The position numbers and the translations under genes are program-made. A stretch of 64,000 bases of DNA from the human T2T-CHM13v2.0 reference genome, Homo sapiens. The stretch lies in assembly GCF_009914755.1 (NCBI RefSeq), contig NC_060926.1; one strand, 5' to 3'. Under the pieces are notes generated by a model, which saw nothing but the letters and a program-made list of their open reading frames with translations, was not told the DNA's origin and did no database searches. How positions within the stretch are numbered: the stretch's first letter is position 1; every line of letters starts with the position of its first letter. Below, one piece after another: positions 13,934 to 27,514 of the stretch.

Positions 13934-13984
13934 CGTGGGCCAGATTCCTTATGAGCTAGTGCCTCTTCTGCACATCTTCCTTAC

Positions 13985-14524
13985 TGTGATGGTTAATACT
14001 GAGTGTCAACTTGATTGAATTGAAAGATGCAAAGTATTGTTCCCGGGTGTGTCTGTGAGGGTGTTGCCAAAGGAGATTAACATTTGAGTCAGTGGACTGG
14101 AAGAGGCAGACCCACCCTCAATCTGGGTGGGCACCATCTAATCACTGACCAGCATGGCTAAAATAAAAGCAGGTAGAAGTTGGAAGGACTTGACTTGCTG
14201 AGTCTTCCAGCCTTTGTCTTTCTCCCATGCTGGGTACATCCTGCCCACAAACATCAGACTCCAAGTTCTTCAACTTTTGGACTCTTGAACTTTCAACAGT
14301 GATTTGCCAGGGGCTCTTGGACTTTTGGCCACAGACTGAAGGTTGCACTGTTGGCTTCCTTACTTTTGAGGTTTTGGGACTCAGACTGGCTTCCTTGCTC
14401 CTTGGCTTGCAGATGGCCTATTGTGGGACTTCACCTTGTGATAATGTGAGTCAATACTGCTTAAACTCCCCTTCATATATACATCTATCCTATTAATTCT
14501 GTCCCTCTAGAGAATCCTAATACA
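13985..14524 (+). mobile_element. ERVL solo LTR, MLT2A
   Basis: 'tgtgatggttaatactgagtgtcaacttgatt...ctgtccctctagagaatcctaataca'; 5-bp TSD cttac/cttag. Confidence 0.92.
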
Positions 14525-14538
14525 CTTAGGATTTTTAA

Positions 14539-14841
<303 letters not shown>

Positions 14842-15899
14842 TCTCACTTCCTTTTGAAGCATCAGTCATTCTAGACAGTAGAATTGGCTCCAGGATACCC
14901 AGTTGTTTTTGTTTCACTGCAAGTTCTTTAATGATAGGGAATGTGCCTCATATCAACTCTGCCTACCATAGAGCCTGGCACAGAGAAAGCAAAATACAAA
15001 TACTTGTTAAATAACTAACCTTTGTAATCTAATGCTAAGAACAAAAGGGGAAGAGAAATTATCTAGGCTAACTATTTTTTTCCTCCAAAAGTACTGAGAA
15101 GAATAAGGAGTAAGAATACACATGCTAGAGAAGAAATATAATACATTTTTAAAAGTTTGGAAACTCAGAGTTATAAACACATAATCAATTACTACCACAA
15201 TATAGAAGTTTTTCTTTTCTTTATAACCAAGAAAACTTCTCATTAATTACATCATGCTCCATAAGTTATACTTTATCAGCTATCAAATAAAAGACGTTTT
15301 ATCTCATTCTAGATCTATGGTCAACAAAAAATTCAGCTCCTAGTTAATATCTGATGAATCCCGGGATGACTCCAGAGGAGACTCGCTCAATAATCCAATA
15401 GCTCATTTCACTCTCATCCTACTCAGCTATCCCAGACATCCACTGCCGCCAAAGTGAAATATGATATTGATCTTGCACTGCATTGTTCAGTCTCTGTGAA
15501 TCCTTGGGGGTCATTTGCCACTGATAGATTAACACAAGTGTGATAATCACTTTGGAAGTAAACTGTCAAGTACGTGCACTACCCTGGATGCTGTACTGAG
15601 CACCCAAGAAAATTGGCTTCTCCCTAAGGGGTGTGCTACATAATTACGTTTGATAAAACTCAAAGCTATGCTGTAGAAGCAGTGGTTACTACCAAAACAT
15701 GCTACCGTTTGTGTCCTCTGAGATGGGGGTCTGTCTACCCCAGGCTTTCAATTTAGGATGTCTTGTTTCTTTCCATTTTCTGAGGATCTCCTAAGCCATA
15801 ACAAGAATTTAACTTGAGGTTAAAATAATAGTAACAGTAGAAAAAAGGAAAAATTGTGCTGGCCAAGTATTATACATTTTTATATGCATTACCTTGGAA

Positions 15900-16110
15900 A
15901 GGTGATATAGTAGTTGAGAGTAAGGACTCAAGAGCTAATCTGCTTGGCTTCAAATTCCAGCTTGCCACTCATTAGCTGAGCAAGTTACTTAACCTCTCTG
16001 TGCCTGTTTCTTCATGTGTGAAATTATCTTACACGTAGAACTGTTGTGAAGATTAAATTAGTTAATTTATGGGAAATACTTAGAATAGTGCCTGTCATGT
16101 AAGTACTCCT
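15900..16110 (+). mobile_element. MIR SINE
   Basis: 'caagttacttaacctctctgtgcctgtttcttcatgtgtgaaa...gttgtgaagattaaattag...ttagaatagtgcctg'. Confidence 0.8.
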
Positions 16111-19100
16111 TAAGCATAGTTTTATCTTTCTTTAAAGAGATAGAGAAGGAAATGGAGATAGAGATGCCTACAAGTGTGCATATGTGTATTTGTATATATT
16201 TCATAGACTCTATGAGATATATATGATCAATAAATCCATTTCACAAAAAAGATCATGAGAGTTAGTGGGGTAGGAGGAACAGTGAGTGAATGGTAAAGCC
16301 AGCAATTAAACCCAGGGCTTTTTCACTCTAAATAATACATTTTTAAATAGCAGGCACATTGTTAAGTGATATTTGTTAGTCAAGAAATGTTTGTTGAGTG
16401 CCAACTATGTGCCAAGCATTCTGTTAGGCCTGGAGCCATGGGACTCTTTTACTCAGAGCCAGAGCTGGGGAAATGATGAAAAAAAAACCCACAATATGTT
16501 TTTTGTGTTCCTTCAATGATACTCTAACCAATAAAGTCAAAACCTTTATCCTCTGCTTTCGCTCTTGTGCCTCACTTAAGTAGATTCTCCCTGGGCAGCA
16601 TTCTAGAAATCATTTTTTATTCTCATACCCATTTCCTTGATACCTATTCTCTGAGAGCCTTCATCTTTGTTAAGTAACAGCAAGCTGTTCTGGTTAACTC
16701 AAATGACAATTAGTTCCCTTCATGGAAGAAAATAGATTGGGAATGAGTAAGTGCCCCATAGGTAAGCACAAACTAAGGCTATATGGTGATGACATAATAG
16801 ATTTCTAAATTAGATCACGAATTAGACTAAAGAGACTTCCAAATCTAAGATAACTCAATTATTCAATATGCTAAGATCAGCATTCTTGATTATTAGATCA
16901 GCTCTCATGGTGAGATTTCTTGTACTATGGTTGTAATACTAGGAGAATGCATTGGATAAAATAAAAATTTAGTGGTTACCTATTTTTAATGCCCCTTAAT
17001 CAACCATGATAGTTGGCCAGCCAAATCAATACCTTACACAGTGATCCATTTGAACTTGACATTGATTGTCAGGATACTTAGTGGTACTATATGTGATTCT
17101 GGTAACAAAAGAAAAGAAACTCTCTGTGATGTATGCGATCCCACCTCCAACTCCTAGGCAGTAGAATCAGAAAATCGATCTGATGATTGAAAGACTAGAA
17201 AGTATTTCACACAGTCAAATCAGCTAACTCTAATTAAATAACTTCATTCTTTTCCTCCAAAAGGCCCAATTGTCCAAACTTTATCCAAGCTAAATAATGC
17301 CCTATATTTTTCAAATTGATCTCCCAGGCTCTCTAAGTATGACTTTATCTCTTTCCGTCTCTACATTGGCAAGCTGTTAGAAAAAAGTTCAGGCTTACTG
17401 TGTCACCTCCTTGCTTCCCATCCCCTCTTTGCTATGTAAGGCCATTCTCCTTTTTTCACTTCCAGGCCACTGTGTATGTCCAATCTGTAATTTTGAACTG
17501 CCGCTCTGCTATCTTATGTAAATCATACTCACATCCCCTCTTTGAGATTTTTCCAGAATCCAGGATTTTTATGCACAGCTCTGACACTAAATCTGTCCCT
17601 ATCAGTCCTAACTCCCAGGGCATGAACACAGAGATACTGTTCAAATTTCTGTCATAGTTTAGCTATAAATGGAAGCAGAAAAATAGGGTATTAGCTGGAG
17701 AGTAATGGGGAGACTATAACTTTTTAAAAAAGAGATGTAAGATATTTTAGTATCTTTGCTGTTGGAAACGATCCAGCAGAAGTTAAAAAAATTAATAATG
17801 CAGGGGTACAGGGTACTTCCAGAAGCAAATTCCTTATACAAGCAAGAATTTACTAAAAGCAATCAGTTGTATGGGTGATTTAATCTTTGCCCAGAAAAAC
17901 AGAGGATTTCAACCTGGAAACTTTTGCTGTCCTGTGTAATTTTTTATGAAATTTAAATTTTTACACATATTTTTTAAAATTTTACCATAGTTTTTTTCAA
18001 TGTGTTTGAACACAAAACCATTCAACCAACTTGCCCTCAAGTCTTCATAAAATGATTGCTTTCAAATTGAGAAGGGTAAAACCTTCTCTAGATCCCCAGA
18101 TACTGACTCATAACCAGAGTGAGGCAAACCCCCGAAGCCTCAAGCTTACTGAAGTTGTCTATGAATTCAGAAGCAAAATTCATTGCTATCCTTCCTGCTT
18201 CTAGGGGAAATTAGGTAAATGACTCTTACCCTTTACCTCTGCCACAATGCATAGTGTATATTTTCAAATATTTACATTCTTGGGCATGACCCCAGTCTTG
18301 ATGAGTCTAAATCTCCTGGGACAGTAAACGCAAAAGGAAAAAATACAGAAATCTGCATTTTGTTTTGTGAACTCCCCCAGCTATTCCTGTGTGCACTGAA
18401 GCTCAAATCCTGAAATAGAGAAGCAAATATGATGATTTCCATTTTCGTTCCTGCTTTTAACCATGTGTGTCAGGCCCTGTGTTCGGCATTGAACATGCAA
18501 GTTGAGAACATGATGGTCCCTGCCTTCAAAGGGTTCACAACACAAAGGGAGAGAAATGGGAGCTAATCAAGGGCAATTCACAACGTGAAAGGCTTGTGAC
18601 CAAGGAAGTCTAAGGATGCTGAGAAGGAATATCAAAACTGGGTTCAGCTGGGGGTGGGTGTGATGCCAGAAAGGCCAGGCTTGCTTTCGAGATGAGTTCT
18701 GAAGGATGAGCAAGAGCTAGCTAGGAAATGATATACCAAAATCTAAACAGAAATATTTCTGGTTCTTATTTAAAAGATTTTACTTGCAATTTTTTTATTG
18801 AGTTGCACAATGCATAGTAAGTTCTCATCTACAAAATATTTCTAGTTAAGAAATTGCTTTGGTATCATTTTACCAGTCTAGAAGTAACAGCTGAGGGTCT
18901 TTTCCCTTTAAAGTGATGGGAGGCCTCCAAAACACACATTTCTTGCCCTCAGACATAGAAAACAAGGTTACAGAAAAGAGGTGAAAATTCAGCTCCACCT
19001 TAAAGAGGAGAAAAGAGCTTTTAGTTGGAACTTAAAGAGCAAGACTTAGAGAAAGAGGAGAGAGCAGAAAGACAAAATAAATTTAAATCTCAAGTGGAAA

Positions 19101-19714
19101 TGTTCTACTCTGCCCATGCAGGTAGGAAGATAAAAGTTAAATAATACATAAAGGAAAAGTGTTTCTCTAGGTTTGAAAAATTAGAGGTGACAATGAAAAC
19201 AGACCCCTCTATAAATTCCACATGAACCTATCCTGAGGGTTCCTGTTTGTCCTGGCCAGTCTGCCCTGAATTTCCCAGTGTAAGAGAATGGTATGTGCAT
19301 GGTATGTGCACTATACATCTCCAAGTCCAACTTGACTTTTCCAGGGCAGACTCGACTTTGTGGTAAATTGGTGAAAATGGGTTATATATAATAAACTTTA
19401 TTACAATGAAGATTTCTGCCAACAAAGCTGTTTTTACAGGTTAATGTTAGTGAACTATACATAAAAAACTTTGTTATCTAGTTGCAAATGATTCCTCTCT
19501 AAGAAAAATTAGTTATGTGTTAATAAAAACCCAGCTTGAAGGCTACAGGGAGCAAGTCCCCACACCCCTCTGCATTGGTTAGACCTGTCTGCAACCTGAA
19601 TTCCTCTGCACTGAAGTCCTATCTGAAGTTCTAGCTTACCATTTTGAGGACAACTAGAAAACTACCACAATTTAGTCACTGTTGAAACCAAAATACATGA
19701 AAAACTAATAAAGT

Positions 19715-20113
19715 TCCCCTCAGAAAACAGATGGCACACTCATAACAGGGACCAAGGAGAGTTTAAAGAAGGACAGAGCTAAGGGAAAAAGAAGGGAGGT
19801 GAAGCATCCCCAAGGATACACCCCTAGACCTGAAGGGGCAAAGAGGGAGAGGTGACCAGAATCCCGTAAGTCCTACATCTGAAGGAACCCAGCAACTGCC
19901 AACACCTGTGCCAGCCATGGCACAGGGGAAGGGACTGGGGAATAAGGGCTAGCTTGCTGACATAGAGCTCCAGCCAGCACCTCCCACTGGCCAGAACAGA
20001 AACAAAAGAGAAGCAAACCTGTTGACTACAGGCCGTGCCAGTTCCTGGGGCCCAAAGCAGATTAGAGAGGGGAAGAGTTGGGTTTTAGGAGCCAACAAAA
20101 AATACTCAGCACA
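19715..20113 (-). mobile_element. Old ERVL-class LTR, possibly LTR33-like
   Basis: 'cagaaaacagatggcacactca...ggagagtttaaagaagg' and end 'aatactcagcaca'; family assignment uncertain. Confidence 0.45.
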
Positions 20114-20612
20114 GAATCAAAAGTCGACTGCTTGCTGGACATGAAAGCTGTCTTTTGGTATTTAAAGTCAATATGATCATATCACCAGTTTATTGAGGCA
20201 TAAGTTCCTGATTGCCCTCGATGAGCAGCTTCTACAATCTCACGCAGACTCCTAACAGCTGGAAATACCTTGGTTAAAAACCTTCCAGTAGAAGATTCCA
20301 CAGCTTACATAAAGAGTTTTTAACTCATTGGTCATGACTTTATCTACATTTCCAACTTTATTTCTTACTATTTCTCTGCTCATACCCAGAGATTTTGGTA
20401 AACTGGATTTTCAATGTTTCCTAATTCATGGTGTACCCTTTCTTACCATTCGAAATTCAGTTCCACATTTAAGATTCATTCCTAATTCTACCTTCTCCAC
20501 AAAACCTGATTTCCCACAATGTCTGATTGTCTAAGCCGGTTGTAATCTCTCCCTCCTCTAAACATAGACCTGTAGTTTAATCTCTTGAAGAATTTATCTT
20601 AAAAACCTGTGT

Positions 20613-20809
20613 GGCCGAGCATGGTGGCTCTTTCCTGTAATCCCAGAACCAAGGTGAGAGGATCATTTGAGCTCAGGAGTAAGAGACCAGCCTGGGCAAC
20701 ACAAAGAGACACTGTCTCTATAAAAATAAAAATTAGCTGGGCATGGTGGCAATGCTGTAGTCTCAGCTACTTGGGAGGCTGAGGTGGGAAGGTTGAGCCC
20801 AGGAGGTCA
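20613..20809 (+). mobile_element. AluJ-type fragment, 3'-truncated
   Basis: 'ggccgagcatggtggctc...gagaccagcctgggcaac...ttagctgggcatggtgg...ggaggctgaggtggg'. Confidence 0.85.
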
Positions 20810-22107
20810 CTTCCCTGAATTGCTTTCAAATAAATTGGTTATAGATTTGAATAAGCTTATTTAGCTCTCTCCAAAGAAGAAAAACTTAAATCAAAAGAGG
20901 TATCATTATAGGTAGTAATGTTTTGGCTGAACATAAGATTTTATAAGACCTAACCATTGGATGGTTTTTGCCTTCAGCTCCTGCTAAATGGCAATATAAT
21001 TTCAGACCATGTAATTTCAGAAGGCCCCATTAACTTTAGGAATATACATGTATTAGTGAGTGGGGATAAGTTAAAGGGGACATACCAGGTTTACCCAACC
21101 ATTATTTCTTTGCTGGGAAAATTCCTATTCAGAAAAGGAGACAAGAAACTTTCACAGAACCAGGACCTGTCTCCAAGTGCCAGGATTTATTATTAAACTC
21201 TGTCCCACTAGATCATCTGTGATTCTTGGCAGATGAGTGGATACTGAAGTCTTTTCAATTACAATGACTAAAGAAAACTTCTTTGTAAGATTTAATAAGC
21301 ACACCGGCTTCTTTAATGGTTTTTAATACGTGCTCAGGCAACTCAAATATTGCCATCACAGCATGAAATTCCAGAGTCTTTTGAATATATTTCATGCTTT
21401 TTTAATGACCTCATTAGACAAATCAGTTTTTTGGCAAAGCAGGGCTAAAAAAAATTAATCTCACAGTGATTTGTGATAGCCAATGATCAGACAATACAGA
21501 ATACATGCTTTTGGAATTGCCAACCTATTACAATAATGAGAGAAGGGGTACAGAAAGCAGAAAAGCAAGATATTTACCTTACCCTTGAGGAGTTTATAAT
21601 ATACTTATATAGACAAAGTGAACTCAGACTATTGCAGCAAATGATACATAACAGCTCATAATCAAGAAGCACCATGATATGGGTGGGGAGTAGAGGGGAA
21701 TGATAGTTTAGGGTTAGAAGAATAAGTTCTGTCTCTTATTTGCTGTGCATCTTCAGGACAGTTACACTATCCCTTTGAGTCCTCTTCTGGAAAAATACTT
21801 GCCTTACAAGGACATTTTGAGGATATAACAGGGAAATGTATGTGAAAGTAACAATAATAAAATGTAAATATCTATACATGTTCTGTCACTCCATAGGAAT
21901 TTATTAGGAGCCCACTGCATGCCAAGTACCATCCCCAGCATGACTGGAGTTATAGATTTAAAAAACTACAGTTTTTTTTCCTCAAAGAAGTCAACTAAGC
22001 ATAGTCCTATAGGTTTCCTTCAGAAAGGACTGGGAACCACAAGTGCTGTGATAATGAGAGGAATCAATGAAGGATAGTGGGACCTGCACTTTCTAGGCTG
22101 TGTAGAA

Positions 22108-22478
22108 CATGTAGCTCCTCAACTTATAATGGAATTACTTCCTAATACACTCAACAGAAGTTGAAAATATCCTAAGTCAAAATGTATTTAATACACCTAA
22201 CATAACAAACATCATAGCTTAGCTTAGCCTGTATTACAAGTGTTCAGAACACTGACATTAGCCTGTAGTTTGGCAAAATCATCTAATATAACGCCCCTTT
22301 CCTAATAAAGCCTGAATATATCATGTAATTTATTAAATACTGTACTGAAAGTGAAAAAAAAAACCAGAATGGTTGTATGAGTACTTGAAGTACGGTCTCT
22401 ACTGAATGTGTATCACTGTGGCACCATCATCTAGTCAAAAATCATTAAGTCAAACCATCATAAGTCAGAGATTATCTA
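22108..22478. mobile_element. Tigger7-like DNA transposon (MITE)
   Basis: Colinear with recalled Tigger7 consensus: 'gctcctcaacttataatgg...gttgaaaatatcctaagtcaaaatgtatttaatacacctaac...aaccatcataagtcagag'. Confidence 0.85.
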
Positions 22479-24755
22479 CATAGATAGTTGGGGGAAAGGA
22501 ACAGGGTTTTTTTTTTTTTTTTCAAGCAAAGAAGCAGGATTTCCTAGAGATAGGCAAGTCTGGCATATTTTTGAGTGCAGGTCCTGATTAGAAGAAAAAA
22601 TAAATTGTGTCTATTTCAAGAGTCAGGATTATTGAGCTCAACTGATGCAAAGTAAAATAATTGAACAATTTTCACTTAAATCGGTAGTAACACTAAGGTA
22701 CATATATATTAAATAGAACCGGCTGACTGCTCAGATTTGGGGAGTTCCGTACTTTTTAAGGCAAAAGGAGTCAATCTCAGAAATGTACACGGATATTAAG
22801 AAGTTAGTAACAAGGGAGATTTAGAGGACATCTGTGGCTCAACGCACCAAAGCTAGCAGAAGGACTTCATCTCAACTGCTATTTCCCATCAGCAGGTAGC
22901 GGCTGCCTGCAGCATCCCCTCAGGAAGAATACCAAGGCTTTGTCTGAGCTCTGTGGGACAGCGTGTCATGATGAAATATCGAAAGTAGCCTTGGGTATTG
23001 GACGGCAGAGGAACTGCTCAAGCCTTCTCTTTTCCAGTGCTGCTTACACCTGCCCCAGCTCCCTCCTGAGCCCTGAACATGGAGACGTGACGTTTAGAAT
23101 AATAGCTCTGAGGGCTTTCACAGTCAGTTTCACTAGATCAGATTCAATAAAGCAGGAAGGCCTGCATATCATCATCACATCCATTGAAAAAAGACGGTTT
23201 TCAGCTTAGCTTTTAGCAAAGCAAAATGCTTTCATTAGAACTTCCTAATAGCCCAGGAAAAAATGAGGCTTTACATTTGCATGAATGACTATCCAAGGAC
23301 ACAGATGAAGGGTAGTTTCTGACCTTGAATAGCTCACAGTCTACTGAGAGAAAAACAATATAAAAACAATATCAGAATAAACAATGAATTTTATAACATT
23401 TTTCAAAGGATTCCATTCTCTTACTTTGCTTAGGTTAATTTCAAGGCACAGAAAGGAAACACCAAACTCATTTCAATGTATCCAGACAGGATCTATGTGC
23501 AAACATGTTTTCTAATGAGTCCTGAAGCAATTAATGGTTAATCAACAGAATTCTCTCCATTTTCTGTCATTCTAATTCTTAATCCTTTCTGAGGGAGGGG
23601 CTTCTTCTTACTCTCTTGCCAGATTACCCTCAAATTTCTGGATACCCATAGCTACAGAGAGAGTAAAATCAAATAATTTATTGCCCATGTGTGAACTCCT
23701 CAAGTTTTTTATGAACATATACCATGATAGAAGTAGCAGAGTTTGTACAACTAGAGGAGAAACCAGTTTAAAAGGGCAACATTTTCAAATATGCACATTC
23801 TGCCACCTCATAATCACGGAGGGACAATTTCTAGGGTACCCCAAAAAAAAACCTACCCTGTGGACAGGTGTGTTTTCTGACTCAGGATGATCAGTGTTGC
23901 TATTTGGAGCTCAGACATGATACAGATAGGGAGGAAGGACAGGTGGAGAGACAGACAAGGAGCTGACCCAGTTGCACTAGAAGAAGCTGTCCAGCTGCTC
24001 GCCTCAGTGGCCCAAAGCTGGCTGTGTCTGGGTAGTGGGCAGCAGACGACGGGCCACAGCTACCACCTGGTGTTCTTGGGCCAAACAAGGACTGCAGCTT
24101 TTGGGCCTCTGGCTAAGACTGGCAAATGGGGCATGCTGCAGGGAATGCTTGTCTCATGCAGAAGGCAGAGAACGACCCTGGCAGTACTGCCTGGAGCACA
24201 GTTCTCAGAGGATCCCCCTGTACTCAGTCAGAAATAAATGAAACATCACATGCCCAAGAGCTGGAAAAGTTTCCTGCCCTTCAGGAAGTAGAGAAAAAGG
24301 CAACATTCCTGACAAAAATACTCATTCTAACTGATACCATAAGGAGTACAAAAAACATGCAATAAACTGCCATTTTATATTAGATATCTGCTACGTGTCA
24401 AGTGTTTTGCTAAAAACTTTATATGTATTATGTTCAATGTTTGCAGGTGTGATTAACCCCACTTTGTCCGTGAGAGGTTGTCACTTGTGCAACACACACA
24501 GTCAATAATGTTTGGCTTGGGATCTAAATCCAATTCTAAGTTGCACCAACTATCTTCTTTTCTTGCTGGGACTAAGTAGAGCATGCAGGAAAAACCTTTC
24601 AGGGATAGAAAAAGAAATTTGTAACAGTTCTGTTGGAGAATGTTCCAGGATATCATTTTTTTGTTTTTTTAAGAAAAATGTGTATTCTGCTTTTGTTGGG
24701 TGGAGTGTCCAATAAATGTCAAGTATAGTTGGTTTATAATGTTTTATAAGTCCTC

Positions 24756-25149
24756 TGTCTTAGTCTTTTTGTGCTGCCATGACAACATACCTGAAACTGG
24801 GTAATTTATAAAGATGGAAATTTATTTCTCACAGCTCTGGAGGCTGGAAAGTCTAAGATCAAGATTAAGGTAGTGGCAAGTTTGTTGTCTGGTCTGTGCT
24901 TTGAAGATGCTGCCTTGAATGCTTCATCCTTCAAAGGGGTAAAACACTCTATCGTCACATGGTGGGCAATGGAAATTGCAAGAGGGCTGAAGGCTGTGTG
25001 AAGCCTCTTTCATAAGGCCCTTAATTTCATTCACAAGTAAAGGAGCTCTCATAACATAATCACTTCTTAAAGGTCCCACCTCTTAATAACATCACATTGG
25101 CCATTAAGTATTTACATCTGAATTTTGGAGGGCACACATGATTATTGCA
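24756..25149 (-). mobile_element. MaLR solo LTR, MST-like
   Basis: 'tgtcttagtctttttgtgctgccatgacaacatacctgaaactgggtaatttataaag...cacttcttaaaggtcccacctcttaata'. Confidence 0.85.
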
Positions 25150-25165
25150 TTCATTTTCTTGTTGA

Positions 25166-25474
<309 letters not shown>

Positions 25475-26263
25475 TGATCTTTTCTTTAGTTTTTCTACCA
25501 GTACTGAAAATGGAGTAGTGAAGTCTGTAACTATTGTTGTTGAAATGTTGATTTCTCTTTGATATTAGTATAGCCACTCCAGTTTTCTTATAGTTACTGT
25601 TTACATGGTATATATTTTACCATCTTTTTGCTTTCAATCCATTTGTATATTTGAATATAAAGTGTTTCTCCTGTAAATAGACAGTTGAATTATGTTTATT
25701 TATCCAGTCTGACATCTCTGTATATTTACTGTATTATTTTTTTCACATTTAATATTATTGATATGATTAGATTTATATCTGCCATTTTACTTTGTGTTAT
25801 CTATATGTCTTATGTCTTTGTTGTTCTTCCACTTCTCCTTTATTAAATCCTTTTTTCTTAAATGGATATTCTGGTGGAATATTTTGATTTCTTAATTTTT
25901 TTTTACTATTTTTTAGTCCTTTTTATAATGGTTGCTCCAGAGCTTGTCATGTACATTTTAGCTTACCAGAATCTACTTTAGACTTACACCAGCTTAATTT
26001 TGGTGAGATATAAAAATGTCACTCTTCTATAGCTATATTTCCTCTTATCATTTTTTGTGCTATTATTGTTATATATATTAAATCTATGTTACAAGCCCAA
26101 TAATGCATTGCTATATTCATTACTTTTTATGAATTTATGTCTTGAAGAAGCTGAGGAAAAAAAGGAGAGGAAATATTTATCTATAGTTTGTTATATTTGC
26201 CTTTTCTCCCTCTTTATTATGTCTTTAAAAATATTATTTACCATTTCTCACTTTTTAAATTTG

Positions 26264-26662
26264 TTTCATGCACATCTGTGTGAAGAGACCACCAAACAGG
26301 CTTTGTTTGAGCAATAAAGCTTTTTAATCACCTGGGTGCAGGTGGGCTGAGTCCAAAAAGAGAGTCAGCGAAGGGAGACAGGGTGGGGCTGTTTTATAGG
26401 ATTTGGGTGGGTAGTGGAAAATTACAGTCAAAGGGGGTTGTTCTCTTGCGGGCAGGGGCGGGGGTCACAAGGTGCTCAGTGGGGGAGTTTTTGAGCCAGG
26501 ATGAGCCAGGAGAAGGAATTTCACAAGGTAATGTCATCAGCTAAGGCAGGAACTGGCCATTTTCCCTTCTTTTGTGATTCTTCACTTCCTTCAGGCCATC
26601 TAGATGAATACATGCAGGTCACAAGGGATGTGATGGCTTAGCTTGGGCTCAGAGGCCTGACA
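26264..26662 (-). mobile_element. HERV-H solo LTR (LTR7 family)
   Basis: Reverse strand begins 'tgtcaggcctctgagcccaagctaagccatc' and ends 'ggtctcttcacacagatgtgcatgaaa'; TATA-like 'cctataaaac'; TSD atttg/gtttg. Confidence 0.92.
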
Positions 26663-27181
26663 GTTTGTATGGGTTTGTATTGGAGTCATTGTCTTAATCC
26701 AGTGTTCCTACTCACCTCCTTTCTGTTGTTATTGTCAAATATATTACATTTCTATATGTTGTGGCTCAACAATACAATTATATTCATATTGTTTTATACA
26801 ATTGTTTTCTAAATCTGTCAAAAGAAAAACAAAAAATATGTATTATACTGACTTTTATAACTAAATAGTTACAAGTACCAGTGCTTGCTTTTTTAAAATG
26901 TAGATTCAAATTTACATCTGTGCTTACTTAGACTTAAATTTTTCTTTAGTATTTCTTGTAATGTGGGTCTGCAAGCAAAAAATTCTCTGAGTTTTTATCT
27001 GAAATATCTTTATTATGTCTTTAATTTTGAAAGATAACTTTGCTAAGTATAGAATTATTGATTCACACTTTTTTTTTTCCTTTCTGCCCTTTGAATAGGT
27101 TATCCTACTTCTTCTGGCCTTCATTGTTCTGATGATAAATAAACTGTCAATCTTATTGGAGCTCTCTTGTACATGACAAGG

Positions 27182-27514
27182 TTTTTTTGTTTGTTTGTGG
27201 TTTCATTTTATCTTGTGTTGTTTTGTGACAGCATCTCACTCTGTCATTCAGGCTAGAGTGATGGTGAGATCATAGCTCACTGCAGCCTTGAACTGGGCTC
27301 AAGCAATTCTCTCACCTCAGCCTTCCAAATAGCTGGGACTGTAGGTGCATGCCACCACACCCAGCTAATTTTTGTTTTTTGTTGTTTTTATTTTTGTGGA
27401 GATGAAATGTTGCTATGTTTCCCCAGGCTGGTCTCAAACTCCTGACCTCAAGTGATCCTCCCACCCCATTTTCCCAAAATTCTGGGATTACAGGTGTGAG
27501 CCCCTGTGCCCAAG
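27182..27514 (-). mobile_element. AluJ-type SINE
   Basis: 'atcatagctcactgcagccttgaactgggctcaagc' is J-like; degenerate tail. Confidence 0.88.
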
